A stretch of DNA of 32,000 nucleotides from Candidatus Kuenenia stuttgartensis (GTDB taxonomy: Bacteria > Planctomycetota > Brocadiia > Brocadiales > Brocadiaceae), in the NCBI RefSeq assembly GCF_900232105.1, contig NZ_LT934425.1:1264061-1296060 (forward strand), given 5' to 3'. The position numbers and the translations under genes are program-made. This document shows, one piece after another, positions 19,033 to 28,106 of this stretch. The notes beneath the pieces were generated by a model. The model had not been told where the DNA came from, made no database searches, and worked only from the letters and a program-made list of their open reading frames with translations. How positions within the stretch are numbered: position 1 is the stretch's first letter; each line of letters begins with the position of its first letter.

Positions 19033-19590
19033 TTATTTAGCGAACCGTATTTCATATTTACTTATAAAAGCAGATGGTAACCCGACAATCATCGATTCAA
19101 AAGATTCTGTGCCTTCGTTCGGAATATCAGGAATGGAAAACTCCTCTTCTTTTAAAAAAATGCCCCGGTCATCGTAAATGCTTAATTTAAATTTTGCAAA
19201 GCGGTAATTTTTGCCGGATTTGTTTGTGATTTCCCCTGTTAATAACACGTTTTCACCAAAAGGACTAAAACGTACATTTCTGGCAAAAAATCCGTCCCCA
19301 AGATCCTCATACCCCACCATAACAGGTGCGGCAACAAAATCCTCACGATGCACTTTAGCATCCATCTTTTTTTTCGGCGCTTCACCGGATGGCGCTGCTA
19401 CACCAGCAGCACCCGTAAGCTGTTTTTCCAGTACATTAACGCGCTTCTCAAGTGATTCTATCCGGGATACCAGATTTGAAATGACAATTTCCAGCAACTG
19501 CACCTTATTTGATACATCCTGAGCAAATAAAGTATTGCTACCGATAATGATGAACATTATAAATGATATAAAAATAGAAAATCTTTTCAT
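19033..19590 (-). CDS. Secreted hypothetical protein (signal peptide, coiled coil, Ala/Gly/Pro linker, beta-rich C-terminal domain)
   Basis: The signal peptide is MKRFSIFISFIMFIIIGSNTLFAQ|D. A heptad-like segment 'LLEIVISNLVSRIESLEKRVNVLEKQL' follows, then the linker 'GAAGVAAPSGEAPKKK'. The C-terminal ~100 aa, with 'FKLSIYDDRG', vaguely resemble FxLYD/DUF3426-type beta-sandwich domains. I recognised no firm family. Confidence 0.6.
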   Translation of the reverse strand: MKRFSIFISFIMFIIIGSNTLFAQDVSNKVQLLEIVISNLVSRIESLEKRVNVLEKQLTGAAGVAAPSGEAPKKKMDAKVHREDFVAAPVMVGYEDLGDGFFARNVRFSPFGENVLLTGEITNKSGKNYRFAKFKLSIYDDRGIFLKEEEFSIPDIPNEGTESFESMIVGLPSAFISKYEIRFAK

Positions 19591-19769
19591 CGGTGTTTCC
19601 TTTCAAAAAAATCATTAATCATTTTCATCACATCTTTCTATTCACGAATCGTTCTTCTATATGTGATTCAATAGCACTGCCCTCTATTGCATACCACTCC
19701 CCATGTGCGAGAAGGTAAAACCCCGAAAATCCCGTTGTTGTGAAATTGCAGGTTTTTTTACGAAAAATT

Positions 19770-19799
19770 ATCATATCATAATTAAAATAATTAATGCAA
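19770..19799 (-). promoter_or_regulatory. Sigma70-like promoter TTGCAT-18 nt-TATGAT on the minus strand
   Basis: -35 at 19799-19794 and -10 at 19775-19770 (minus-strand reading). It would give a ~170-nt leader for the 19033..19590 gene. The region is AT-rich. Confidence 0.3.
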
Positions 19800-19847
19800 G
19801 TGTGTTTCTATTAAGTAATTACATAAAATCAAATAAAGCGTTATAAC

Positions 19848-19876
19848 TTGACATTAGGCAATGCAATTGCTACTAT
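19848..19876 (+). promoter_or_regulatory. Sigma70-like promoter TTGACA-17 nt-TACTAT
   Basis: Perfect -35 TTGACA at 19848-19853, a 17-nt spacer, and -10 TACTAT at 19871-19876. It lies ~310 nt upstream of the PSP1-domain gene. Confidence 0.35.
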
Positions 19877-20193
19877 TCACTCATATTTATGCGTTTTACC
19901 TGAATGTTTCCGTAATAGGGGAAATTGTTGCCAGAAAATTCAAGTGATACGGAAAATTTTATTCCATTTGCGCCTTAAGGCTATGGATGTTTCATTATTG
20001 CGGAATGCAGACTTCTATTTAAAAACGGTATCTGCGTTTTGTATTCACAAAAGAGTTACGTTGTAGAAGAAATTACGGGTACCGCAGATTGCGATGATTT
20101 CACAAAGAGAAATCTCAATAATTTGTGTAATCCTTAAAATCTGTGGTTTCACACACTTTTTATAGGTACGAGGCTTTGTCCCGATAGATTTAT

Positions 20194-21075
20194 ATGCGAC
20201 AAATTTTAACCATTCGATACGGCGTATTAAAAAATACCGGAGATTTTTTTGCGCCAATGAACTCAATAAAAAGGGGTGACGAGGTGATCATCCGCTCTCA
20301 CAGAGGAATAGAATTTGGCACTGTTATTGCCAAAGTACGTGAAATAGAAGATGATGCATCCGTCGAATATCTTGGGGAAGTTTTGAGAAAAGCAACACCT
20401 GAGGATAAAGAAAAGCAGAAAAAAATAGACCAGGAAACCATCCCAAGCGAATCGAAATTTTGCCAAATGAAGATGAAAGAACATAAACTCCTCATGAAAC
20501 TTGCATACGTAGAGCACTTATTTGGGAGTAAAAAAATCATTTTTTATTTTCTTGCCAATGGACGCGTTGATTTCAGAGAACTGGTAAAGGATCTTGCAAA
20601 AGAATATCAGGCGCGAATAGAGTTGAAACAAATTGGCGTACGCGATGAAGCAAGGCTTTTGGCGGATTACGAACACTGCGGGCAGGAACTATGCTGCCGG
20701 TCTTTTCTGAAAAACCTGGAACCGGTTACGATGAAAATGGCAAAAAACCAAAAAGCTACCCTGGACCCCTCTAAAATATCGGGGAGATGTGGCAGGTTGA
20801 TGTGTTGTCTGCGTTACGAGGACCGCGTTTATGAAGAGTTAAAACAAGGACTTCCTAAAAAAGGAACTTCCGTGAAAACCGCAAAAGGCATCGGAGAAAT
20901 AATCAACCACGATATTTTGCAGCAACAGGTTACTGTGGAATTGGAAAATGGAAGCCGGTTTACCGTTTCCACAAAAGAGATAACCCGGGTGGTACAAAAT
21001 AAACCTGCACCGCCCGCCCAGAAGGGGAAAAGCGATTGTCTTCAATCCTGCAAAGAGGATTGTGGCCATGGGTAG
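20194..21075 (+). CDS. PSP1 C-terminal domain protein (YaaT/RicT-like)
   Basis: 'KIIFYFLANGRVDFRELVKDLAKEYQARIELKQIGVRDEA' and the Cys cluster 'CGQELCCRSFL...SGRCGRLMCCLRYE' are typical of the PSP1/YaaT family. Confidence 0.85.
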   Translation: MRQILTIRYGVLKNTGDFFAPMNSIKRGDEVIIRSHRGIEFGTVIAKVREIEDDASVEYLGEVLRKATPEDKEKQKKIDQETIPSESKFCQMKMKEHKLLMKLAYVEHLFGSKKIIFYFLANGRVDFRELVKDLAKEYQARIELKQIGVRDEARLLADYEHCGQELCCRSFLKNLEPVTMKMAKNQKATLDPSKISGRCGRLMCCLRYEDRVYEELKQGLPKKGTSVKTAKGIGEIINHDILQQQVTVELENGSRFTVSTKEITRVVQNKPAPPAQKGKSDCLQSCKEDCGHG

Positions 21076-22630
21076 ACAGTCTTTTTATCTTACCACACCT
21101 ATCTATTACGTAAATGATATACCTCATATCGGACATTCTTACACTACCATAGCCGCAGATGTTTTAGCCAGGTACAGAAGATTGCAGCAATATGACGTAT
21201 TTTTTTTGACCGGTTCAGATGAACACGGGCAGAAAATTCAAAAGGCTGCCGAAGCCTGCAACAAAACACCTAATGATTTTGTCGATATGGTTGTAGGCAA
21301 GTTCAAAGATCTGTGGGAAAATCTTAATATTTCCAACGACGACTTCATACGCACCACCGACGAACGGCATGTTAAACGTGTCAAAAAGATATTTCAGAAG
21401 TTATTCGAAAACGGCGATATTTACCTTGGAGAATACGAAGGGAGATACTGCGTCCCCTGTGAAAGCTTTTGGACAGAAACGCAACTCGATGAAGGAAGGT
21501 GTCCGGAATGCAGACGCAATGTAGAAAAAGTAAAAGAAAAAAATTATTTCTTTCGGTTATCAAAATATCAAAAACCGCTTATTGAACACTATGATAAGCA
21601 TCCGGAATTTATTCAACCAGAATCAAGACGAAATGAAATACTCCAAAGAATAACCTCTCATATTGAAGATATCAGCATAAGCAGATCTGCAGTAACCTGG
21701 GGAATTCAAGTGCCCATGGATACTACGCAAACAATATATGTTTGGATAGACGCACTTTTGAACTACATAACGGCTCTGGGCTATGATGATGATATGGAGC
21801 TATTCCAGAAATACTGGCCTGCAAATGTACATATCATAGGAAAGGAAATATTGTGGTTTCATGGGGCAATCTGGCCGGCAATCCTTATGTCATTAAAAAT
21901 AGAATTACCCTTTAAAATCTTTACCCACGGCTGGTGGACAATTGAAGGGCAAAAGATTTCCAAATCATTGGGAAACGCAATAGACCCATTAAACATTATC
22001 CAAATCTATGGTACGGATGCTTACCGGTATTTCATCCTCAGAGAAGTTCCTTTCGGATCCGACGGCAATTTTTCCTACACCGCTTTAACAAACAGGATTA
22101 ATTCTGACCTTGGCAATGACCTGGGTAATCTGCTACAACGTACACTCACCATGATTGAAAAATATTTCGATGCAGTGATACCTGAATATTCAGAGAAAGA
22201 CGATGTATTAAAGGAAATCTCTCAAAACACCCTCAGTAAAATAAACAAGGAATTGGACAATCTTCAATTTAGCAAAGCGTTGGAAGCAATCTGGGAGTTT
22301 GTGGGAAGCGCAAATAAATGTATTGAAGAAAAAAAACCATGGGTGCTTGCAAAAACGAGCGCCTACAAACCGCAACTGAAAAATGTAATCAGCTCGCTGG
22401 CAAAGGCAATCAAAGATATTTCAATAGTTATTTACCCTTTTATGCCAAACACCTGCATTGAAATACAAAAACAACTTGGTATTCTGGAAAACAATGAATC
22501 CCCTTGCCTGGAATATCAGCAGATCATAAAAAGCGGCGTTATCGTAAAAAAAGGGAAGCCATTGTTCCCCAGGATTGAAAAAGAAACTGAAAATCCTGGG
22601 AAAAATATAGCGATGAATAATAAAGTTTAA
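21062..22630 (+). CDS. metG: Methionyl-tRNA synthetase (short form)
   Basis: 'PHIGHSYT' (HIGH), 'KISKSLGN' (KMSKS) and the zinc knuckle 'CVPCESFW...CPECRR'. The start overlaps the preceding gene by 14 nt. Confidence 0.95.
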   Translation: MAMGRQSFYLTTPIYYVNDIPHIGHSYTTIAADVLARYRRLQQYDVFFLTGSDEHGQKIQKAAEACNKTPNDFVDMVVGKFKDLWENLNISNDDFIRTTDERHVKRVKKIFQKLFENGDIYLGEYEGRYCVPCESFWTETQLDEGRCPECRRNVEKVKEKNYFFRLSKYQKPLIEHYDKHPEFIQPESRRNEILQRITSHIEDISISRSAVTWGIQVPMDTTQTIYVWIDALLNYITALGYDDDMELFQKYWPANVHIIGKEILWFHGAIWPAILMSLKIELPFKIFTHGWWTIEGQKISKSLGNAIDPLNIIQIYGTDAYRYFILREVPFGSDGNFSYTALTNRINSDLGNDLGNLLQRTLTMIEKYFDAVIPEYSEKDDVLKEISQNTLSKINKELDNLQFSKALEAIWEFVGSANKCIEEKKPWVLAKTSAYKPQLKNVISSLAKAIKDISIVIYPFMPNTCIEIQKQLGILENNESPCLEYQQIIKSGVIVKKGKPLFPRIEKETENPGKNIAMNNKV

Positions 22631-22647
22631 TAACAAGGAGCGGAAAA

Positions 22648-23469
22648 ATGCACTTTCAGAAAAAAAACATTTCTTATTTCTTAATACTTATTTCCTTTTT
22701 TTGTTTATCGTGTAGTTCTGTACCCATCACCGGCAGAAAACAAGTGAGCTTTATTCCCGAATCAACAATACTTAACATGAGTTTCCAGCAATATCAGGAA
22801 TTTGTTAAAACCAATGCGTTGAGTAAAAACCAGGAAGAATCCAACATGGTGAAAAAGGTTGGGAAAAGGATACAAGGTGCTGTAGAACAATACTTTGCAC
22901 AAAACAACATGTCTCATGAATTAAAGGATTATGCATGGGAATTTAATCTTGTGGAAAGTAACGATGTGAATGCATGGGCAATGCCAGGCGGAAAAGTAGT
23001 GGTATATACGGGAATATTGCCGGTAACAAAAGACGAAAACGGCCTCGCGGTGGTTATGGGACATGAGGTGGCGCATGCAGTTGCAAAACATGGTAATGAA
23101 CGAATGAGCCAGGAATTAATGACACAAATGGGAGAAACAGCGGTTTCTGTTGCTTTAAGCGGCAAATCGGATATGACAAAACAAGTTGTTTCCGCTGCAT
23201 ATGGGTATGGCAGTCAATACGGCGTTCTGCTTCCTTATAGTCGCCTTCATGAAAGCGAGGCAGACTATCTTGGGCTGATTTTTATGGCTATGGCGGGATA
23301 CGACCCTCATCATGCGGTAGACTTCTGGCAGAGAATGGCAGATACGAAGAATGGCGAAACAGTTCCTGAATTTATGAGTACCCATCCTTCTGACGATACC
23401 AGAATAAGGAAGATAAGAGAAAAAATACCCGAGGCGATGCAGTATTATAAAAAACCTATGGAGCAATAG
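22648..23469 (+). CDS. M48-family zinc metalloprotease, probable lipoprotein (LoiP/YcaL-like)
   Basis: Signal peptide ending in the lipobox-like 'FCLSC|SS'. 'NAWAMPGGKVVVYTGIL' and the zinc motif 'GHEVAHAVAKH' are present. An AAGGAG SD lies upstream. Confidence 0.85.
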   Translation: MHFQKKNISYFLILISFFCLSCSSVPITGRKQVSFIPESTILNMSFQQYQEFVKTNALSKNQEESNMVKKVGKRIQGAVEQYFAQNNMSHELKDYAWEFNLVESNDVNAWAMPGGKVVVYTGILPVTKDENGLAVVMGHEVAHAVAKHGNERMSQELMTQMGETAVSVALSGKSDMTKQVVSAAYGYGSQYGVLLPYSRLHESEADYLGLIFMAMAGYDPHHAVDFWQRMADTKNGETVPEFMSTHPSDDTRIRKIREKIPEAMQYYKKPMEQ

Positions 23470-23538
23470 AGGGGGTCACGGTCAAACCGGAAAGGATTCC
23501 AACGAAGCAATCTAAGTGCACAAAACAAAAAATATCCA

Positions 23539-23566
23539 TTGATAATTTACGGGAAAATATTATACT
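23539..23566 (+). promoter_or_regulatory. Sigma70-like promoter TTGATA-16 nt-TATACT directly upstream of tRNA-Leu
   Basis: -35 at 23539-23544 and -10 at 23561-23566. The -10 ends 12 nt before the mature tRNA 5' end. Confidence 0.45.
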
Positions 23567-23578
23567 GGATAAAAATAT

Positions 23579-23664
23579 GCCAGAGTGGTGGAATTGGCAG
23601 ACACGCCAGACTCAAAATCTGGTCATCTTCACCGGTGGTGTGGGTTCGAGTCCCACCTCTGGCA
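23579..23664 (+). tRNA. tRNA-Leu (anticodon CAA), class II with a long variable arm, no encoded CCA
   Basis: Folded by hand. The acceptor is GCCAGAG/CTCTGGC plus discriminator A. The D-arm is GTG-GAATTGGCAGA-CAC. The anticodon arm is CCAGA-CTCAAAA-TCTGG. There is a 15-nt variable arm, and the T-arm is GTGGG-TTCGAGT-CCCAC. Confidence 0.93.
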
Positions 23665-23850
23665 TTTATTTAAAATGCATATCCCTGCTCAAATGTCTTC
23701 CAAAACCTTCCCGCGTTTTTTTAACGCAGCATTTAAAAAAGGTATTTTAGTAAACTACCCTGAGCCTTAGTTCCCGTTCCTTATTTTTGCCGGAGACTGA
23801 GCGAAGTGAGGAATCCTAGGTGTTCTCGCCTTGGCAGAAAGGACAATTAC

Positions 23851-23877
23851 AGGCACATTAAATTTTTCTATGTGCCT
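23851..23877 (-). terminator. Hairpin AGGCACAT-(11 nt)-ATGTGCCT just downstream of the TolC-family gene stop
   Basis: An 8-bp perfect stem 5 nt beyond the stop codon at 23882. There is no clear U-tract. Confidence 0.35.
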
Positions 23878-23881
23878 TATA

Positions 23882-25549
23882 TCATGTAATGTCCTCTTCT
23901 ACCTGAATATTATAGGCATCGAGAATCGTTCCTTTTGCAGCTTCGAGACTACCACGAGATATTTCATAATCAGTGAGCGCCTTTGTTTCATTCCCTTCTG
24001 CGGTAGCTAAATCCTCCTGGGCGCGGAGAATTTCCAGACTGGTTGATCGTCCCACGCTGTATTTCTTTTCTTCGACTTCCAGTCTTTTTTGTGCTAATTC
24101 CCTCGCCTTTCTGGTGGCCATAACCCTTTCAATGTTCGTCATTACTTCACGAACCGACCCTCTCACCTCTACAACAATATCCAGTTCTTTCTTTTTCACA
24201 TTCAGGGCAGACTGTTCTTTACCAAGCTTTGCTTTTTTGTAGTCATTTCTGGCTGCCCTGTTACCAATAGGAACTTCAAAGGTCAGGGTGATAAATTCTC
24301 CCTGAAAATCCCCTGAAAATGTAGAGTCATGGGCACCATCAATGGTACCCCCAAGCCCTGAATAACGAACTCCACCGGTAAGATCCAATTTAGGAAATAG
24401 TTCATTCTTTTTCCTTCGTACTTCCATGCCCGCATTTTCGACCTCTATTTGCAATTCCTTTAATTCAGGACGTTTCTCCATTGCAATTTTAATAGTCTCT
24501 TTCAGCGGAACTTCTTTTGGTTCGAATGTTGGTTTGTCAACGGGAACAATTTCCACATCAGAAATAATCTCACTGTCTGCGAGATTCAGTATTCTTTTCA
24601 ATTCATCTTCTTTGTCCCTGATTGCATTTTCGGCAGAAATTATTGCTTCAACCCGTGACGCCACCCCCGACTCTGCTTCAATAATTTCGATGGGTGCAAG
24701 GGTTCCTGATTCTACCTCTATTTTATTCTTCCGCAGTAAATCTTCCGCTCGTTCCAGAGATTTTTTTGCCACTTTCAAGTCCTCAATTGCCTTTACGAAA
24801 TTCCAATATGCCTCTTGAACAGCATTAGAAACTTCAATAGCAGTGCTTTTAAATTGTGCGAATGATATCTTTTTATTATTTCTGGCGATATAAATGGGGC
24901 TTCGGTTATAAAACCAGCCGGCGCCTTTTAACAAAGGCTGAGTAATCTTTGCTTCTATGTAATTTGCATACGTTGGAGTAAGCAACGTAAACGCCTGCGG
25001 ATCTACAAATTCCCGAAATAAATTGTATTCTAAAGAAAGAGTCGCGCCTGTAGGTATCAGTGATCGCAAGACAGCATTACCCGTCTTTCCTTCAGAAACG
25101 AAAGGGGTTGTCTCGGTAGTGGTTGTTTCTCCACTTACCAGTGCGCTGTTGCTGGGGGTTTTTTTGTTATTAATGCCTCCGGTTATCTCTAAGGTAGGAT
25201 CAAATACCGACTTTTCTATTGCAATGTCGTGACCTCTTGCCTTCGTATCTAACCGTGATATCTCAATATCAAAATTATTTTTTAATGCATATACAATGCT
25301 GTCTTTCAGGCCGATATTCATAAACTTCAGATTTGAATGCATTTCAACTGATGAAGACGATGCCGCCTGGGGCAATTTTTCGTCCACGTTTTTTGCCTCT
25401 CCGAAGACCATCTTTCCGTTGCAAAAAAAAAGGGCTGACACGATGAGCAAACGATAAAGTGCCGTAAATATGTCCAGTTTTTTTGTAAATCTTTTCTCTG
25501 TTCCACGCACGACGGCCGCTATTTTGTCAAATATATTTCTTCTTCGCAT
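23882..25549 (-). CDS. TolC-family outer-membrane efflux protein
   Basis: 555 aa with an N-terminal hydrophobic signal-like segment. It shows OEP-family two-repeat coiled-coil/beta architecture, e.g. 'LKDSIVYALKNNFDIEISRLD' and 'AIEVSNAVQEAYWNFVKAIEDLKVAKKSLERAEDLL'. The exact start is uncertain. Confidence 0.8.
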   Translation of the reverse strand: MRRRNIFDKIAAVVRGTEKRFTKKLDIFTALYRLLIVSALFFCNGKMVFGEAKNVDEKLPQAASSSSVEMHSNLKFMNIGLKDSIVYALKNNFDIEISRLDTKARGHDIAIEKSVFDPTLEITGGINNKKTPSNSALVSGETTTTETTPFVSEGKTGNAVLRSLIPTGATLSLEYNLFREFVDPQAFTLLTPTYANYIEAKITQPLLKGAGWFYNRSPIYIARNNKKISFAQFKSTAIEVSNAVQEAYWNFVKAIEDLKVAKKSLERAEDLLRKNKIEVESGTLAPIEIIEAESGVASRVEAIISAENAIRDKEDELKRILNLADSEIISDVEIVPVDKPTFEPKEVPLKETIKIAMEKRPELKELQIEVENAGMEVRRKKNELFPKLDLTGGVRYSGLGGTIDGAHDSTFSGDFQGEFITLTFEVPIGNRAARNDYKKAKLGKEQSALNVKKKELDIVVEVRGSVREVMTNIERVMATRKARELAQKRLEVEEKKYSVGRSTSLEILRAQEDLATAEGNETKALTDYEISRGSLEAAKGTILDAYNIQVEEDIT

Positions 25550-25689
25550 AATATACCGATTAACTATTAAAATTTTTCCTTAACATTGTCATTTACATCA
25601 AATGAATTTTACGGGAAGCAATGCCCCGGAATTGATATTTGTATCTGTGAGGATTGAGCCATAGTACCTTTTTAAAAATTAATATTCAA

Positions 25690-27405
25690 CCTAAATCCTG
25701 CAAACGATTTTCGCAATGCGAAAACCAGTATTTTCCACTACCAAGATTGGCAAAAAGCGATAACAGATATCCGTTTTTTAGCAATTGTGGTAGCGCTATT
25801 GTACTACTTTAAACAAAAAGACATGGGAAATTGTCGGAAACGTGCTCTCTGATGCAATGAAAATCAAGATAGGGATGTACTGTCTCCATCTGCGGTATAC
25901 TTACCACTCTCAAAAGACTAAAAAAACGAAATACAACGTCGGTTTTCTACTGAAAAACTACATCCAGTGACATGCGTTCCCACTTTTCCCATTCCTCCTG
26001 ATGGAGAAATTTCTCCGGCAATTTTAATGTCATCTGCCGGCTTCTCTCCACCAGTTTCCCTGCCACACGGATTAACCACAGTCTCATCGTCTTTACTTCC
26101 CACTGTTGTATCACTCCACCACTGAGCAATCCCATCCACTTCAAAAGATTATACGCTAACACCGCACACTGAAATAGCGCAGCATTGGCCAAAAATTCAC
26201 CCGTACGTATGTGCCCCGCATTCATCTGTCCTTTACTCTCTTCTATCAAAGTCTCGCAGGTAGCCCTCTTTCCATAACAACGATGCGCTTCCATCGGACT
26301 TAACCGCTCCGTTGTAACGTAACAAAAATACTCATACACGGACACTTCTACTAATTTCTTTTCTCTTTTGACCAATTGCCGCACTGCCACAAAACGTCTC
26401 GCACGATCCCACCCTGCACATCGATACCAAAATTCAGCCTGTTCCCATCCTGGCTCCCCTTTCACCTCATTCCATTTCTGCCCTTCAAGCAATCCTTCCA
26501 GATTCTTCAGCTTTACCTTAATCAGATATCCCGCCAATATTGACTCAAGGTATTCAAGTAATTCTCCGGTAAAAAAACCGCTGTCTCCTCGAAATACCAC
26601 CCTTACCCCCTTATTCATGTACGCCATACATTCCTTCATGAACTCTACTACTCCGTTACTCGTGTAGGCGCTTCCACAGCGGAACCAACTATGTAATACC
26701 TCCTTTGTTTCTGCAATAAATGCCATTAAGGGATGATACGCCTTCTGCCCCTTCTTGTGCGGATTATATCCTACCTCTGCACCCTCCTGTTTCCCATATA
26801 CACCATCTACGGTAGAATCAACATCTATCCATACTTCGCAAAGAGCACTCCTGAGTTTATGGCCTGATCTCACCGCACGCTTCCATATCTTTCCCCTAAA
26901 CCGGTGGATCACCCCCGTCAGTTCCACTATATCTCCCTGACTCGCCAGCTTCATAATACGTCCTATCGTAGTATCTACAGGTACCTCTTTCCACCCGGAC
27001 ATCTTCTTCAATACCTCATCTGTACACACCTTCATCACCTCTACCATCGATGTCGCCCCTGCTATCAACCCTATCACTACCATTTGTACCGCATCGACAA
27101 ACTGATACCGGGCATTTGCTCCACGATCCTTATGGACCGCTTCATGGACTCTCTCCCGGAACATCAGCTTACCCATAAAATTCAATACCGGTAAAAGCCC
27201 TGCATGTACCGTTAAGCCTTTCCCGCTCATCTCTGCCTTGATTTTCGGTTGTCTTTTGCTGTATTTTTTTGCTATATTCTTCATCGAAATGGTGAATCTC
27301 CTTTCAGGTGTTTTTTGTTATCAATATACCGCCGAATACCTTGGAAATCCTACCATTTCAATCCTATTCCTGCAACAAGGCTTTGCCTTGTTTGCAGGAT
27401 TTAGG
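25690..27405 (-). mobile_element. IS1380-family insertion sequence (1716 bp) with a 5-bp target-site duplication
   Basis: Perfect 16-bp terminal inverted repeats: CCTAAATCCTGCAAAC at 25690-25705 and its complement at 27390-27405. It is flanked by direct TTCAA (25685-25689 and 27406-27410) and has a single transposase ORF. Confidence 0.85.
25947..27284 (-). CDS. IS1380-family DDE transposase
   Basis: 445 aa with 'LTVHAGLLPVLNF', 'VWIDVDSTVDGVYGKQEGAEVGYNPHKKGQKAYHPLMAF' and 'VVFRGDSGFF', the typical IS1380 (ISEcp1-like) catalytic region. Confidence 0.9.
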   Translation of the reverse strand: MKNIAKKYSKRQPKIKAEMSGKGLTVHAGLLPVLNFMGKLMFRERVHEAVHKDRGANARYQFVDAVQMVVIGLIAGATSMVEVMKVCTDEVLKKMSGWKEVPVDTTIGRIMKLASQGDIVELTGVIHRFRGKIWKRAVRSGHKLRSALCEVWIDVDSTVDGVYGKQEGAEVGYNPHKKGQKAYHPLMAFIAETKEVLHSWFRCGSAYTSNGVVEFMKECMAYMNKGVRVVFRGDSGFFTGELLEYLESILAGYLIKVKLKNLEGLLEGQKWNEVKGEPGWEQAEFWYRCAGWDRARRFVAVRQLVKREKKLVEVSVYEYFCYVTTERLSPMEAHRCYGKRATCETLIEESKGQMNAGHIRTGEFLANAALFQCAVLAYNLLKWMGLLSGGVIQQWEVKTMRLWLIRVAGKLVERSRQMTLKLPEKFLHQEEWEKWERMSLDVVFQ

Positions 27406-27531
27406 TTCAATGTAAAAGAATAGAGGCAAATGAGCAACAATTTGAGAATTGAATATTGAACATTTGACCCAGTTTGCGGAACTTGGGAAAGAGCATTCTG
27501 CTTTTTCAAAAAACTAAAATATTACGGATTT

Positions 27532-28095
27532 TTAATGTCCCTTGATTAATGCCATAACTTCTGCACGGGTGGCGGGGTTATCGCGAAATATGCCCCTTAC
27601 CACGGAGGTCAGCACCTTTGTGCCGGGTTTTTTTATTCCTCGCATGGTCATGCAGAGATGCTCTGCTTCAATAATGACGAGAACACCCTTGGGTTTTAAT
27701 GCCTTCATGATAGATTCGGCAATATCTGTCGTAAGCCTTTCCTGTACCTGTGGCCGCCTTGCTTCAATATTAACCACTCTGGCAAGCTTACTGATGCCTG
27801 TTACCCTGTTCCCCTGGGGGATATAGGCAACATGGGAAACTCCGCTGAAAGGAAGGAGGTGGTGTTCACACATGGAATAAAAAGGTATGTCTTTTAAAAG
27901 AACTATTTCGTCGTATTTTTCAGATTTTAATACCTTAATTACAGAGTGAGAATCCTGCCCGATACCTGCAAATATCTCTTCGCACATTTCGGCAACCCTT
28001 TCAGGTGTTTCCTGCAATCCTTCACGGTTGGGATCTTCTCCGATGCCTTCTATAAATAAACGTATAGCAGCCTGAATTTTTTCCTTATCTATCAA
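27532..28095 (-). CDS. folE: GTP cyclohydrolase I
   Basis: '[12 protein letters not shown]' and '[11 protein letters not shown]'. TTG start with AAGGAG 6 nt upstream. Confidence 0.93.
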   Translation of the reverse strand: MIDKEKIQAAIRLFIEGIGEDPNREGLQETPERVAEMCEEIFAGIGQDSHSVIKVLKSEKYDEIVLLKDIPFYSMCEHHLLPFSGVSHVAYIPQGNRVTGISKLARVVNIEARRPQVQERLTTDIAESIMKALKPKGVLVIIEAEHLCMTMRGIKKPGTKVLTSVVRGIFRDNPATRAEVMALIKGH

Positions 28096-28106
28096 AAAAA
28101 GCTCCT

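Noticed and set aside
19848-20066. 72-aa TTG-initiated ORF in the long spacer upstream of the PSP1 gene, and the opposing 73-aa ORF at 20045..20266.
   Set aside because: The TTG is the -35 hexamer of a promoter-like site. There is no SD and no recognisable domain, and the 20045..20266 ORF overlaps the PSP1 gene start. These are probably non-coding.
23585-23770. 61-aa ORF starting inside tRNA-Leu.
   Set aside because: It overlaps a cleanly folding tRNA gene. The ORF is a by-product of the tRNA sequence.
25685-25705. First reading of the IS1380 ends as 21-bp inverted repeats with one central mismatch (TTCAACC... vs TTGAACC...).
   Set aside because: The outer 5 nt are identical in direct orientation (TTCAA on both sides). 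They are therefore the target-site duplication, and the true IRs are the perfect 16-mers starting at CC.
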